Source of the DNA: the human T2T-CHM13v2.0 reference genome, Homo sapiens
Direction: 5' to 3' (one strand)
Length of the DNA: 64,000 nt
NCBI RefSeq assembly: GCF_009914755.1
Contig: NC_060928.1
In this document: positions 1 through 18,446 of the stretch, in pieces
Layout of the letters: each line of letters begins with the position of its first letter
Position numbering within the stretch: position 1 is the stretch's first letter
Made by a program: the position numbers and the translations under genes
The notes under the pieces: model-generated
Told to the model about the DNA's origin: nothing
What the model saw: only the letters and a program-made list of their open reading frames with translations
The model's database searches: none

Positions 1-420
<420 letters not shown>

Positions 421-1275
421 GTGTGCTTTTAATGCATGAATTATTTCACTGGTCAGGGTTTCTATTTTGGATTCACATGGTATGGCTCTCTTTCCCTACT
501 TGATAGACTCAAGCAATCTAAGTGCACCTGTGTAACAGGCAATTAGATACAGTAAGTATCAAAATCTTAAAAGAGACATAGGAAAACATTAATCCACTTG
601 TCAAAAGTTACATAAACTTGCAGTGGTCAGAGTAGTGAAATGACTTTCTGCTAAACTCAATTTTCCGATATGCATATAAAAAGATATTAAACCTGCCATG
701 CTTCCAGGGAACTCAAGGTCTTTAACCTCTACAATTGTTAGATTTCTTCCTATTTGCCTGAATATACAAAGCCACAGCGAAGTTTGTCCTGTGGAGGAAA
801 TGTCTTCCAATTTTGAAACAATCATTTCTTCCAGCCGTTTTCAAATGACTGGCCACTTCTCAGAAGAAAAAACCCTTGGCTTCTTACTGCAAGCGTCATT
901 GGGCAAAAATATACCCAAATCATGTTCTTTCATAATTGGTGAGCTCTTCAACTTAGTACTGTCCTTGTACAGGCCAAAGATCCCACACCCTTGTTATATT
1001 GCCCGTTTTATACTGCAACACTTTTCCCCAAGAACTGGCAATTGTAGAAATCTGTTGGAACTATTTTTTTTCCTAGATTTTCCTATAACTGTTTGAGTTT
1101 TAACTATTAATAACACAGTTACTGCTATCTGTGTGTGGCATATCATTATTACAATTGATCATACATAAACATTTGATTAAGGCTGTAGCTTTATTATATT
1201 TTCTACCCACCCAAAAAAGCTAGATTATAAAGACTTAGTATTCCCAAGAAGTATTTATTCATTAGTTTCTCCTAA

Positions 1276-1665
<390 letters not shown>

Positions 1666-2162
1666 TAACCTGACCTTTAATTTGCTGTTATCTTGTCTAA
1701 ATTTAACAGAATTGGGGGTGGGGTGGGGGGAGAAAGTTTAAAAGTATTTTCATGAAACCAGAACCACCATTTAGCAAAACCTTTAAATGGAATGAATTCC
1801 CGAGCTCACAGAAGTGCAAATCGCAAGGTTACACATTGCCTCCCAGAAACACAGGACCTGGTTCTGAACTCTTTGCTAAAGGATTCTGATTCAGCCCACT
1901 GTAAAATCTCAAGCACAAGTAGGTTTTCCACTTACTCTCCATTACACACATGTCCCTCTAGCAAAACCAAAAACAGCATTTGATGGAAGCTAAAGATTAC
2001 AATTATCCGGGGACTCCGAGCCACTAAAAAATAGAGTTTGCAAAGAAATCCCTTTTGCCCCCGTCTTCCCCTCACCATCCCTGCCCCTTCCGCAGAAGGG
2101 AACCCAAATCGTATGCAATTTGAAATTTTTAATATGAATATACTAAAGTAGGAAGCACGTAC

Positions 2163-2330
2163 CTGCTAAGCACCTGGCGCTCTCTTTCCCTGCTTGCTCT
2201 CTCCTCCCACACTCTGGCAACGGAATGCCCTTCAAAAACCATGGCTCAGTGCTTTTGGTAAATGTTTTACGAGACACTAAACAGGCTTGTGTCCCACCCT
2301 CAGAGCAAACACCACTGAGGGAACACAATA
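2163..2330 (-). other. RBM47: Putative alternative first exon B (5' boundary unknown)
   Basis: Donor CAG|GTACGT (GT at 2162-2161), purine-rich exon-like 3' part, and promoter motifs about 100-300 bp upstream in repeat-free sequence. Confidence 0.45.
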
Positions 2331-2470
2331 TAATGGTCGAAAAGATATCATGTAATGTACAATAATGAAAATGAACAAGCAGGCTCTATTTCCACACTTC
2401 CCCTTAAGGGGGAAAGCAATGTCAAACTTTCAGGTGGTGGGGGCGGAGTTGCCGGAAAGGCTCATAGAAA
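2270..2470 (-). promoter_or_regulatory. Putative promoter/enhancer for exon B
   Basis: GC box GGGGCGGAG (2440-2448), ETS-like CCGGAA (2452-2457), FOXA-type TGTTTGC (2305-2311, minus), E-box CAGGTG (2431-2436), locally retained CpGs. Confidence 0.45.
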
Positions 2471-3314
2471 TAAACCTTGACGCTGGAAGCGTTAGAGCGA
2501 TTTTTTTAAAGGTGGCATAACGATAAGCTCATTGTTCTAATCCTCAAACAAGTCTTGGCTTGCTGAGCTGAAAAACTGTCAAAGGCCAAGAGTTAATAAA
2601 GGGTGGAGTTCACCGGCGAATATGTAGACGCAGTAGCATCTCCACATTGACCACATATTCCTATTTATCAGAGAAAATGCAACTCAAAAAGTGCTCATAA
2701 ACCATCCTCCACAATAACCAAAGGTACTTCCCATTTTCCATATCCTTCAAGTTATTCACAGTTAAGACCCAACTCTGCTCCAAACCAGAAGTTTTGCATT
2801 CCATTCAAGTTAACAATTACAACTGAAGGATAACAGAAACTTGCTGGCACCAAACTATTAGAATGTCAGGTGCCTCCTGGTACCACCAGGGTTAATGAGA
2901 TAAAGAGAGGGTGCCCAGGGATGATCTATCTGCCTGGTTTTACAGAAACTACCTATAGAGATTGCTAGAGTCTTGGGCCCATGCAAGCAGCACGCACTCA
3001 TCGGCTACTGGAGGACTGAGTGGGACAGTCTAAGACATGAAAAAGCAGAATTACTTAGCTACAGTCAAGCCCACTCGCTAAAAAGAGACCAAGACCGTCT
3101 AGAGAAGAAGCCAGAATTGGCTTTGGTTGCAGAATCACACCCACAGGCAGGATAGGCAAATAAGATAACCCATTCTCTGTCCCCACCCACTCCTCCAATC
3201 CCCAAGAGAGTGCTCAGAATTTTGCATTTCCTACCTTTAAAATATCTGCTGGGGTGGAAACAAAACAAAGCAAAACAAAACTGAACCTAGAATTGAGATC
3301 ATGTGTTTTCTACA

Positions 3315-3385
3315 CTCCAGCTGTGTGACCTTGAGGGAGTAACTTAACCTCCCTGAGCCCGTCTCCTCATCTATAAAGTACAAAT
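3315..3385 (+). mobile_element. MIR fragment
   Basis: MIR core GCTGTGTGACCTTG...ACTTAACCTC...CCTCATCTATAAA. Confidence 0.75.
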
Positions 3386-3515
3386 GTCTAGAAACACAGA
3401 AGTTATTTCCAAGAACTGACAGCTCTCCAGCTCCAGGAGCCTAGAAAATGGCACAGAGCAGTTCTTGACAGTTTTAAAATGTCAGAAGGGTTGTTGTCAT
3501 TTGTTGGTCTCCTAC

Positions 3516-3602
3516 CTTATGTGGATGGGTTCCATCTTATTTTCAATGTCCTCCTGTTGCAGAAGCTTCCGGTTAGTCCTGGGACTAAAGGGCAATTGAC
3601 CT
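3516..3602 (-). other. RBM47: Putative alternative first exon A (TSS position approximate)
   Basis: Donor AAG|GTAGGA (GT at 3515-3514), no obvious upstream acceptor, GC-boxes directly upstream, and sequence recalled as the start of a proximal RBM47 transcript. Confidence 0.6.
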
Positions 3603-3720
3603 CACTCCTCCTGGGTCTGACTGACTAATCTGTTAGGGTGGGTACCATAAATGACCGTTTTATCTGCCTGCCCGGGGCGTGGCAACAGGGCCTCCCCGCC
3701 CCCCAGCCCTGCCTGTCAGC
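3560..3720 (-). promoter_or_regulatory. Non-CpG-island proximal promoter for exon A
   Basis: SP/KLF boxes GGGGCGTGGC (3674-3683) and CCCCGCCCC (3694-3702), ETS CCGGAAG (3566-3572, minus), GATA AGATAA (3660-3665, minus), CDX-like CCATAAA (~3645-3651). Confidence 0.55.
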
Positions 3721-3894
3721 TCCTTTTGCTTTCACAACATTTCTCGTCTTGCCCTCTATCACAGTGAGCTGACCCGCCTCCTAACGCCTCATCCGGGCCT
3801 CCCTTTTTCTCTTTTTTCCCTCTCTTCCTCTCTCCTTTCTTGCCTTGCTTCCCTGAGAGGAACATAATGGGTGTTGGGGGAGGGCGATGATTCT

Positions 3895-4243
<349 letters not shown>

Positions 4244-4623
4244 TGACATATCACACAACCCAGTGCATGGTTTACACAGGTATTATTATTATTCTCGAGA
4301 TTCAGAGATGCAGAAAGATCCAAAAACAGCCCAAGGTCACTGAGCCATTGCTGACAGGCCAGGGGCTGAGGTGGCCTTTCCTGACAGCCCAGGATTTCCC
4401 TTAAGCCACTGACCTCCAAAAGCACCTCCTCTCAGAGCCGTAAGGCCCCACCTGGTCTAACCTGCTCTCCCCGCCACCTGTGGCATAGTTTCCTCTCAGA
4501 TCCCTCTCCTCATCTTCCTTCCTCCCTCAGCACGGGCCAGCCCCTTATTCTAATGTTAGGGTTTATCTCACTTGACCTCTTGTCCCTTGCGTGCCCTTCT
4601 TTATGCAAACCCAAGAGGAGTAA

Positions 4624-5099
<476 letters not shown>

Positions 5100-5247
5100 T
5101 AGATCACCAGAACACTCACCTCTGCACCCCCTGGCATGGAGTCCAATGCCTTACTGTTCAGAAATATACTTAAATTTTGATAAAAAAAAGTTTGAAGACA
5201 CAAAATCTGAATCCAAAACAGTGTTTCAAAGGCATATATTCTACGTA

Positions 5248-5641
5248 CAGTCAGCCCTCAGTGTCTGTGGGTTCCGCATCCCTGAAGTCAACCAACCACA
5301 GATCAAGAATATTCAAAAATCTCATGTACCCCATAAATATATATACTACTATGTGCCCACAAAAAATTAAAAATGTAAAAATGTGAAAAGGACGGCTGTG
5401 TCTGTACTAAACACATAGACTTCTTTTTCTTGTCATTATTCCCTAAACAATACAGCATAACAACTACTTACTAGCATTTCCATTGGATTAGGTATTCTAA
5501 GTCATCTAGAGATGACTCAAAGTATATGGGAAGATATGTGTAGGTCATATGCAAATACTGCACCATTTTATATAGAGGACTCGAGCATCCAAAATCTGGG
5601 GGGCCTGCAACCAATTCCCCATGGATACAGAAGGATCACTA
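5248..5641 (-). mobile_element. MER2 (Tigger-family MITE) with internal L1 3'-end fragment (~5319-5389, +)
   Basis: Terminal CAGTCAGCCCTC..., TA flanks, MER2 body CATCTAGAGATG...TATGCAAATACT. The insert CTCATGTACCCCATAAATATATA...AAAAA is an L1 3' end. Confidence 0.85.
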
Positions 5642-5794
5642 TATAAACAAATGCCAGAATTTGGGGTTTTAAGGTAGTTGCTTTGCTTTTATTTATTTAT
5701 TTATTTTGTATTTCAATGAGGATGAGAAAATGGGATTATGAAGTCCAGATAGCCAATAAGATAGCCATCAAATCACACCACAAAACAAGCATTG

Positions 5795-5825
<31 letters not shown>

Positions 5826-6122
5826 TTTTTTTGAGATGAAGTCTCACTCTGTCACCCATGTTGGAGTGCAGTGGTGCCATCATGGCATCATGGCTCACTG
5901 TAATCTCCACCTCCCGGGTTCAAGCGATTCTCCTACCTCAGCCTCCTGAGTAGCTGGGACTACAGGCACACACCACCACACCCGGCTAATTTTGCTATTT
6001 TTTTAGAGATGGGGTTTCACCGTGTTGGTCAGGCTGGTCTCGAACTCCTGAGCTCAAGTGATCCACCTGCCTCGGCCTCCCAAAGTGCTGGGACTACAGG
6101 CGTGAGCAACCACGCCCAGCTG
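5795..6122 (-). mobile_element. AluS
   Basis: Alu antisense consensus. Confidence 0.95.
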
Positions 6123-6349
6123 CAAACATTGCATCTCAAGTGCCTACAATAATCAAGTATTTGATATATGACACCTCATTTAATTAAACAGACAGATGAG
6201 AGGACAGACTCAGAGAGGCTGCCCAAGGATACACAGCTAATAATGACAGATCTGAGAACCTCAGCGGGTCCCAGTTGGAGCCCTTCTCTTTGCCTGAGTC
6301 ACACTCTCATGCACATGCACACTGTAGCCTACACACCCTACTGCCCAAT

Positions 6350-6541
6350 CAGGGGTGTCCAATCTTTTGGCTTCCCTGGGTCACACTGGAAGAAGAATTG
6401 TCTTGGGCCACACATAAAATACACTGATACTAATGATAGCTTATGAGCTTTAAAAAAAAAAAAATCCCAAAGGAAGCTTATGAATTTGTGTTGGGCCACA
6501 TTCAAAGCCATCCTGGACATGCCACAGGTTGGACAAGCCTG
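6350..6541 (+). mobile_element. MER30 (hAT-Charlie MITE)
   Basis: CAGGGGTGTCCAATCTTTTGGCTTCCCTGGG...GTTGGACAAGCCTG termini. Confidence 0.9.
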
Positions 6542-6556
6542 GTCTAAATCAAGATC

Positions 6557-6878
6557 CAGCCCAGGAGTGGTGGCTCACACCGGTAGTCCCAGCACTCTGG
6601 GAGTCCCAGGCAGGAGGATCACTTGAGCCCAGAGTTTAAGACCAGCCTAGGCAACATAGTGAGACCCTTGTTTCTATAAAAAAAAAAATATAAAAAATGA
6701 TCCAGGCATGGTGGCATGCGCCTGTGGTCCAAGCTACTTGGGAGGCTGAGGTGGGAGGATTGCTTGGGCCGGGACTCCTCACTGTAGTTGAGGCTACAGT
6801 GAGCCAAGATCACACCACTGTACTCTGCCCTGGGTAACAGAGTGAGATCTTGTCCTTAAAAAAAATAAAAAATAAAAA
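6557..6878 (+). mobile_element. AluJ
   Basis: Diverged Alu with J-type GGATCACTTGAGCCCAG and GAGGCTACAGTGAG. Confidence 0.9.
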
Positions 6879-6943
6879 TCACTTGCATGTATTTTCTGCC
6901 AACCTCTGACCAGAACCAGTTCAACTGTTTTTCTCCTTCAATC

Positions 6944-7604
<661 letters not shown>

Positions 7605-8819
7605 CCACCCTACCCTCTTATCCCTAATTAAGATCATCTCTACTGCTCACTTTGAAATCTACTGATGAACTCTATTTCATATTGAAGCCCTCCTTTGACC
7701 ATAAAATCCAACCAAAAAATATGGCTTCTCCCACTTTGGGTAAGCCTTTTATGTTCTTTTTTTTCTGTGATCACAAATTTGTCATTTGACTTTAAACCCT
7801 GTAGGTTGTATTAGAATTCCCCGTGTTCTATACGGCACTTGGCACATAAAAGTCTCATGCTGCTCAGAGACTAAATTATGTGTCCCTGAGAAAGGACTGT
7901 GCCTTCTGTGCAATAGAAATGTTTTATAATAGCATTTTCCACCTCCAGCCATGTGATTCTAAGTGGAGTTTTTTCTCTATTGGTTTTGGTATGCCAGCAT
8001 GCAGGTATACCCCTAGAATTTTCAACTGCAGAGCTGCAATAGGGCAGAATAATGTGTCTCTGGGGAGTGCTGCTCTATCGCCCCAGGCCTATTCCAAAGC
8101 ATCTTTCAGCTGTAGGGGCCCATGTCTAGCCTGAATATCTTTGAGGCTAGTATATATTTGGCCTGCAGAATAGTTTCAGCTTCTGAAAGGGGTTTTGAGC
8201 TCCCTTGGACACTAGGAAATAGTAGAGGAGAAAGGAGAGGTAGAGATTTAATCTGGAGCTTCTAAATCTTCCGGAATCTTCCAAAGGTTTAGGAATGCCC
8301 ATGAATCATACTCAAACCCCTTTAGAGGACTTCAAAGAGTACCATGAATGTGACCTCAGAAACTGCTCATCACCTAGCCAACCTCAACAGATGTGTAAGA
8401 AAGGGCCCAGGGGCTCTTGGTGCTTTCCCAAACTGCCCAAGGAAGGAGGGGCTGCAATAGGAGAGGGGAGATCAGTCTACACTGTCCGGTGCTGCCTATC
8501 ATGGGGACATCAACCGCTAGACCAGCAGTTCTCAAAGTGAGGTCCCTGGAATGCTGAGAGGCTCCACGGTTCTTAAAAATACTAACATATTTCCCTTTTA
8601 CACGGCATTGACACGGACTAGTGATAAAAAGGCAATGGTGGCTAAAACTTCTAGCCGTGTGAGAGGCAGTGCCACCAAAGTATACTAGTAATTGTGGCAT
8701 TTTTTTACCACCAGGCATTTGAAGTTGTTCTACCTTTTTTTAAAGCCAATTTTCCTTAAGAATGTATTTGGTAACACAGTATTAATTTTATTTTATTTTT
8801 TATTTCTTTTTAAAATGTT

Positions 8820-9166
<347 letters not shown>

Positions 9167-9823
9167 TAGATGTTTTAAAAATATTCTGTGCGATGAAATA
9201 GAAAGTATGATAAAGCACTTCTACTGTATACCAAATTATGATTGCTGTCTCAAGGAAAAATCACTTGAGAGTCACAGGCTACATTACTTGATAAAACAAA
9301 CTATGATTATTTAGACTTGAATATTTGGCAGACCTTTTCTAGAAAATGAATGAAGTGACCCTGGCACTTCAAAGAACACAACAGACAGTATTGATTTCCA
9401 ATGATCAAATTCAAGCTTTCAAGCAAAAGTTAAATATGGGGGAACCTGGCTAACTCTGGGTGTACTGCCTATGAGTTAGCTCTGCTGTGCAAGGAGAAGA
9501 AAAATAATTTTAAAAAATACAAAAAAAGGAAGAAAAAATTTGGTGGCAACCTGCATTTATCACCACAAGCTTGACTGCTTGTCAGTGATTAAAGGCTTTT
9601 CTCATGAGATCAGCTATGACATTAACAAATGTGGATTTTTAAAAATACATACTGAAATGTTTCAATATTTGGAAGATCTTCACAATTCAGTGAACCAATA
9701 TTTTCCAAATAACCAACCATGATGTTACAGAATCATGCATGGGTAAGCAGTCCATTCAAAGTTCAAGATGGGCCAACCAATTTTAATGTAACAGAGCATG
9801 AAAATTTCCTTTTTATGGTTTCA

Positions 9824-10193
<370 letters not shown>

Positions 10194-10558
10194 TTAGTAT
10201 CAAAGAAGAATGTTCACAATAATCCAAAAATTCTACTATAATATTCCTCCCTTTTCCAATTGCATATCTTTGTGAGGTTGAATTTTCTTTCCCTATAGAA
10301 TTTCAGTGAAAATGACATACCTCAATAGATTGAAGCAGAAGCAAATATGAGCATACAGCTGACTTCTATCAAGACAATCATCAAAGAGATTTGAAAAAAT
10401 ATAAACGACATGATCTTCTCTTTATCTACTTTTTTTGGAAATATAATTATTTTTCATGAAAACATTTTCATAAAAAATGAGCTTACTATTATTCTTGTTA
10501 AAGGAAATTAATATTTTTCTTAATTTTAATTTCTAATGCAGTAAATATCAATATATAG

Positions 10559-11718
<1,160 letters not shown>

Positions 11719-11799
11719 TGAAGATGTCCAGAGTCCCCAAAATTTGAGAAACACTGCACTCGGCTATGTCCCTCCCACATGTGCTAAAACACTAATACA

Positions 11800-12000
11800 A
11801 ACATTTATTAAGCACCTGCTGTGTACTAGACACAGTGCTAAATTCTCGACATATACAACCTCCTGCCAAATCTCATGTGGCAAGTACTCTCATGATCCCT
11901 ATTTTCTCATACAAATGAGGAAACGGAAACCCAAAGAAGTCAAGTGAAGCTAATTATTGGTGGAAAGCAAGACTGGAACCCACCAGACTCCAAAATCTCA
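11800..12000 (-). mobile_element. MIR
   Basis: CATTTATTAAGCACC...ACAAATGAGGAAAC. Confidence 0.75.
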
Positions 12001-12324
12001 GCTTGTACCTATTAGGCTTACACTGAACCCTGAATAAATGAGATTTCTAAAGATGGTTGGCTTTTCTGCATATTTTCATCTCACATTTTAGCACATCCAT
12101 TTCTGTTGCTCATCTTCTCTCTGTTTCACAGCTGTGTGTTCTGCTATCACAGCAACCGTGAAAACCAAGGCTGGAAGTGCCGTGTGTGTCAAGGAATTCT
12201 AACCAGAACTGGAATTGGCATTCGGACTCAGAAAAGGATTTTCTCATGGATGCTTTCCTAGGCATGACAACAGCATAGTTCTGGGCTGGGAATTCTAGAA
12301 TGCAGCAATGGTGCACAGACACCG

Positions 12325-12426
12325 CTCAGCTCACTGCAGCCTTGACCTCCTGGGCTCAAGCAATCCTCCTGCTTCAGCCTCCTGAGTAGCTAGGACTACA
12401 GGCGCACGTCACCACGCTCGGCTAAT
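12325..12426 (-). mobile_element. Internal AluJ fragment
   Basis: AGCTCACTGCAGCCTTGACCTCCTGGGCTCAAG. Confidence 0.85.
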
Positions 12427-12792
12427 GCTCATTACTATGAATGAAAAGCCACTGGGAGCCCGGTACTGCGCTAGAATCTTCTTTGAGAATAAGCTGGGAA
12501 TTTATCCAAATGAATCTGTACCAACCAAAACAAATGCAAACGTTGTAAGCAAGCCAAGGTCCTGTTTTTCACATGATCCTGATCCAGGCCACTGGATATA
12601 TTTAATGAGCTCAGGCTTGATAGTAAACAAAATAGGGAAAGTAAAATATTTTTATGATCCAGTATGGGGGTAAGGCTATGAATTTCACTGTGTTACATGA
12701 TTTGCAAATACAAAAATGAATCTGCTTGCACCCAACTAGGGGACCTCCCCTAGTTACCGCTTGCTATAATGAAATGTAGAAAGTGATAAACA

Positions 12793-13064
12793 TGGCCAGG
12801 CATGATGGCTCAGGTCTGTAATCCCAGCACTTTGGGAGGCCAAGGTGCGCAGATTGCTTGAGGCCAGGAGTTTGAAACCAGCCTGGCCAACATGGCGAAA
12901 CCCTGTCTCTACTAAAAATACGAAAATTAGCCAGCTATTTTATTAGTACAAAATACGACTATTAGCACACCTGTAGTCCCAGCTACTTGGGAAGCTGAGG
13001 CACGAGAATCGCTTGAACCCAGGAGGCAGGGTTGCAGATCACAGAGTGAGACTGTCACAAACAA
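12793..13064 (+). mobile_element. Alu with internal insertion and 3' deletion
   Basis: Alu consensus with TSD AAAGTGATAAA(A)CAT. Confidence 0.9.
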
Positions 13065-14092
13065 AGTGATAAACATAAAAAAAGAGATGCTGGTCTTTCA
13101 TATTGGCCAGATTTCTTTAACAAAAACATTCACCTTTCAAACAATTTTTGTTTTGTAAATCTGGATTTTTATTAAGGTGAGGCACACTGGATTATTCTAA
13201 AGGCAGTTGTGTATACAGAAGCCAGGGGCGAAAGAACTTCGAAAATAGCCTAGAGGAAAGAATGGGACAAAGAGAGGAAGGGGAAAAAAAGGATAAATAG
13301 GGGAAAAAATGCAAAAACTGGAGTTTTTTGGTAACTAAGAAGAGGGGCATTTTAAAAGCCAAGGCTTGGTAAAAACCTAGGGAATAGGCTTAAGTAGAAA
13401 GGAGATTTGGGAAGCTCCAGGGCCCTTGGACACCTGGCAGTGAGCATCAGAAAGAAAAGTAAGAGTTCTTAAGAAAAACCAATCAACTTTGCATTTGCCC
13501 TGGGGCTGCCTGGCAGTGCTGCTATCAGAATTCAGATACTGGCCCAGCCCTGCTCTAGGGCCTGAAGTTTGGCTCTTGCCTCTTCATTTCAGTCCCTTTA
13601 GCTGCCCATCCAATCTAGATCCCCGGAGTGCTCAAAGGAGAGGCAACAAGAAGAAAAAGAAAAAGAAGGACAAACTGAAATGCAAGCATGGACCTTAGAT
13701 GACAATTCTCACAGCTCTCCCCCTTCATGGGACCTTCAGAATTCATTCTTGTGAAAGCTGTAAGTCAAGGAGGACACAGCCAGAAACTGTGACTCATCAA
13801 ATTCCCAAAGCCAAGACCAGAACACACAGACTCTGGATCCAAGGACTCGCTTTCTGCTTTCAGAACACGGGATCCTGCCTACTTTGTAGTATTTCAATAC
13901 AAAGCTGATCAAGCCGAGGGTCCCCATCTACTCCCCGCCAGCCTGGCTGCCCTTCCCTGTCTTCAGAGTTTTCTAAATCATAGAGAAGATAGAGTTTAAT
14001 TCCATGGTGTTTGAGTCACAGGACCTTAGAACACTTCAGAAAACGACTGGCCTTAAAAAATGGTTGGGTCTGTACAAGAAAGTCACTGAGTA

Positions 14093-14529
14093 CAGAGGAT
14101 GGCAAACATTTCTGTCATGGGCTAGGTAAATACTATAGGCTTTGCAAGCCATGTGTTTTCTGTTACATATTATTCTTTTATTTGTTTCTTTTTGTTTTTT
14201 GTTTTTGGGGTTTTTGTTTTTTGTTTTTGAGACAGGATCTCCCTCTGTCACCCAGGCTGGAGTACAGTGGTGCCATAACAGCTCACTGCAGCCTCAACCT
14301 CCCTGGCTCCAGGGATCCTCCTGCTTCGGCCTCCTGAGTAGACTGCAGGTGTGCTTCACTACACTTGGCTAATTTTTTTATTTTATGTAGAGACAGGGTC
14401 TCTCACTGTGCTGCCCAGTTTGGTTCTTTTTTTTTTTTTTTTTTTTTTTGCAACCTTTTAAAAATGTAAAAACCATTAGCTAGAGGGCCACACATAAACA
14501 GACAACAGACCACAGTTTACTGATGCCTG
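14093..14529 (+). mobile_element. MER58-family hAT MITE interrupted by antisense AluJ (~14180-14425)
   Basis: CAGAGGATGGCAAACATTTCTGT...TTTAAAAATGTAAAAACCATT...AGTTTACTGATGCCTG. Confidence 0.75.
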
Positions 14530-14719
14530 ACTTAGAGCAATGGAAAAGGGCTGGCAGCATTGACTGGTGACTGCTGCATGTAGTGAGACTAAAGATAGTA
14601 CAAAACCTCACCAGGTTTGACGAAGGCAACTACCTCTCCATCTGACTTGCCCAAGTCAGCTATAGCTGTGGCAGAGAATTTAATCCGGAAATGCTAGGCT
14701 TATATCTTTGAAAAATTAG

Positions 14720-15316
<597 letters not shown>

Positions 15317-15370
15317 GGACAAATGAAGTTTAAAATAAGCTAGAATATTTTTTAACCTGCTAGTTTTCAT

Positions 15371-15389
15371 TGTGTGTGTGTGTGTGTGT
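15371..15389. repeat. (TG)n microsatellite
   Basis: Direct reading. Confidence 0.9.
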
Positions 15390-15757
15390 TTGGGGGGTGG
15401 GGGGGTGTACGTTTTTATTTAAAAGTGAATACTCCATATGTACCACAAAATTCCAAACCTGGAAGAATCTTCCAATATAGTCCAGTCTACAACTGTTTAC
15501 CCTTGAGGAAACTGACCTGCTTCAGTTAAATGAGATATTCTAAGTCACATGTTAGTTTGCAGAAGAGAAGGGGCCAGAAACTTGTTTTCGTATTTCAAAA
15601 TTCATACACTTTACTTTAATGGTGCACTGCCCATTAAGTACTAAAAAATCAATTCAACAAATACTTACGAAGTATTTCTTATATATCTAGCACTGGTTAG
15701 GTGCACTAAGGTTACAAAAAAAATGTAAGCGAAGATTACTGCCCATAGAAATGTTTT

Positions 15758-16119
<362 letters not shown>

Positions 16120-16130
16120 TCATGTAACTA

Positions 16131-18300
<2,170 letters not shown>

Positions 18301-18446
18301 GTCTAAAATAATTATTATAATCTGGATGAAAAATATGTCACATTCATTCTGTCACTTTTCCTTCTTTTGCCTATGGCAAAAACCACTATGATCACAGGAC
18401 TCTTTTTCCTTTGAACATGGGCAGGCTTTCAGAATTCTCCATGCAA

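Noticed and set aside
601-1096. 132-aa plus-strand ORF (698-1096) and overlapping minus-strand ORF in unique sequence
   Set aside because: No recognisable domain, low-information composition and no supporting exon structure; consistent with a chance ORF.
9540-9722. ORF as a possible domesticated transposase gene
   Set aside because: Short fragment of a Charlie1 copy disrupted by stops and insertions.
12100-12131. Strong-looking plus-strand acceptor (ctcatcttctctctgtttcacAG)
   Set aside because: It is antisense to the inferred gene and has no convincing paired donor nearby.
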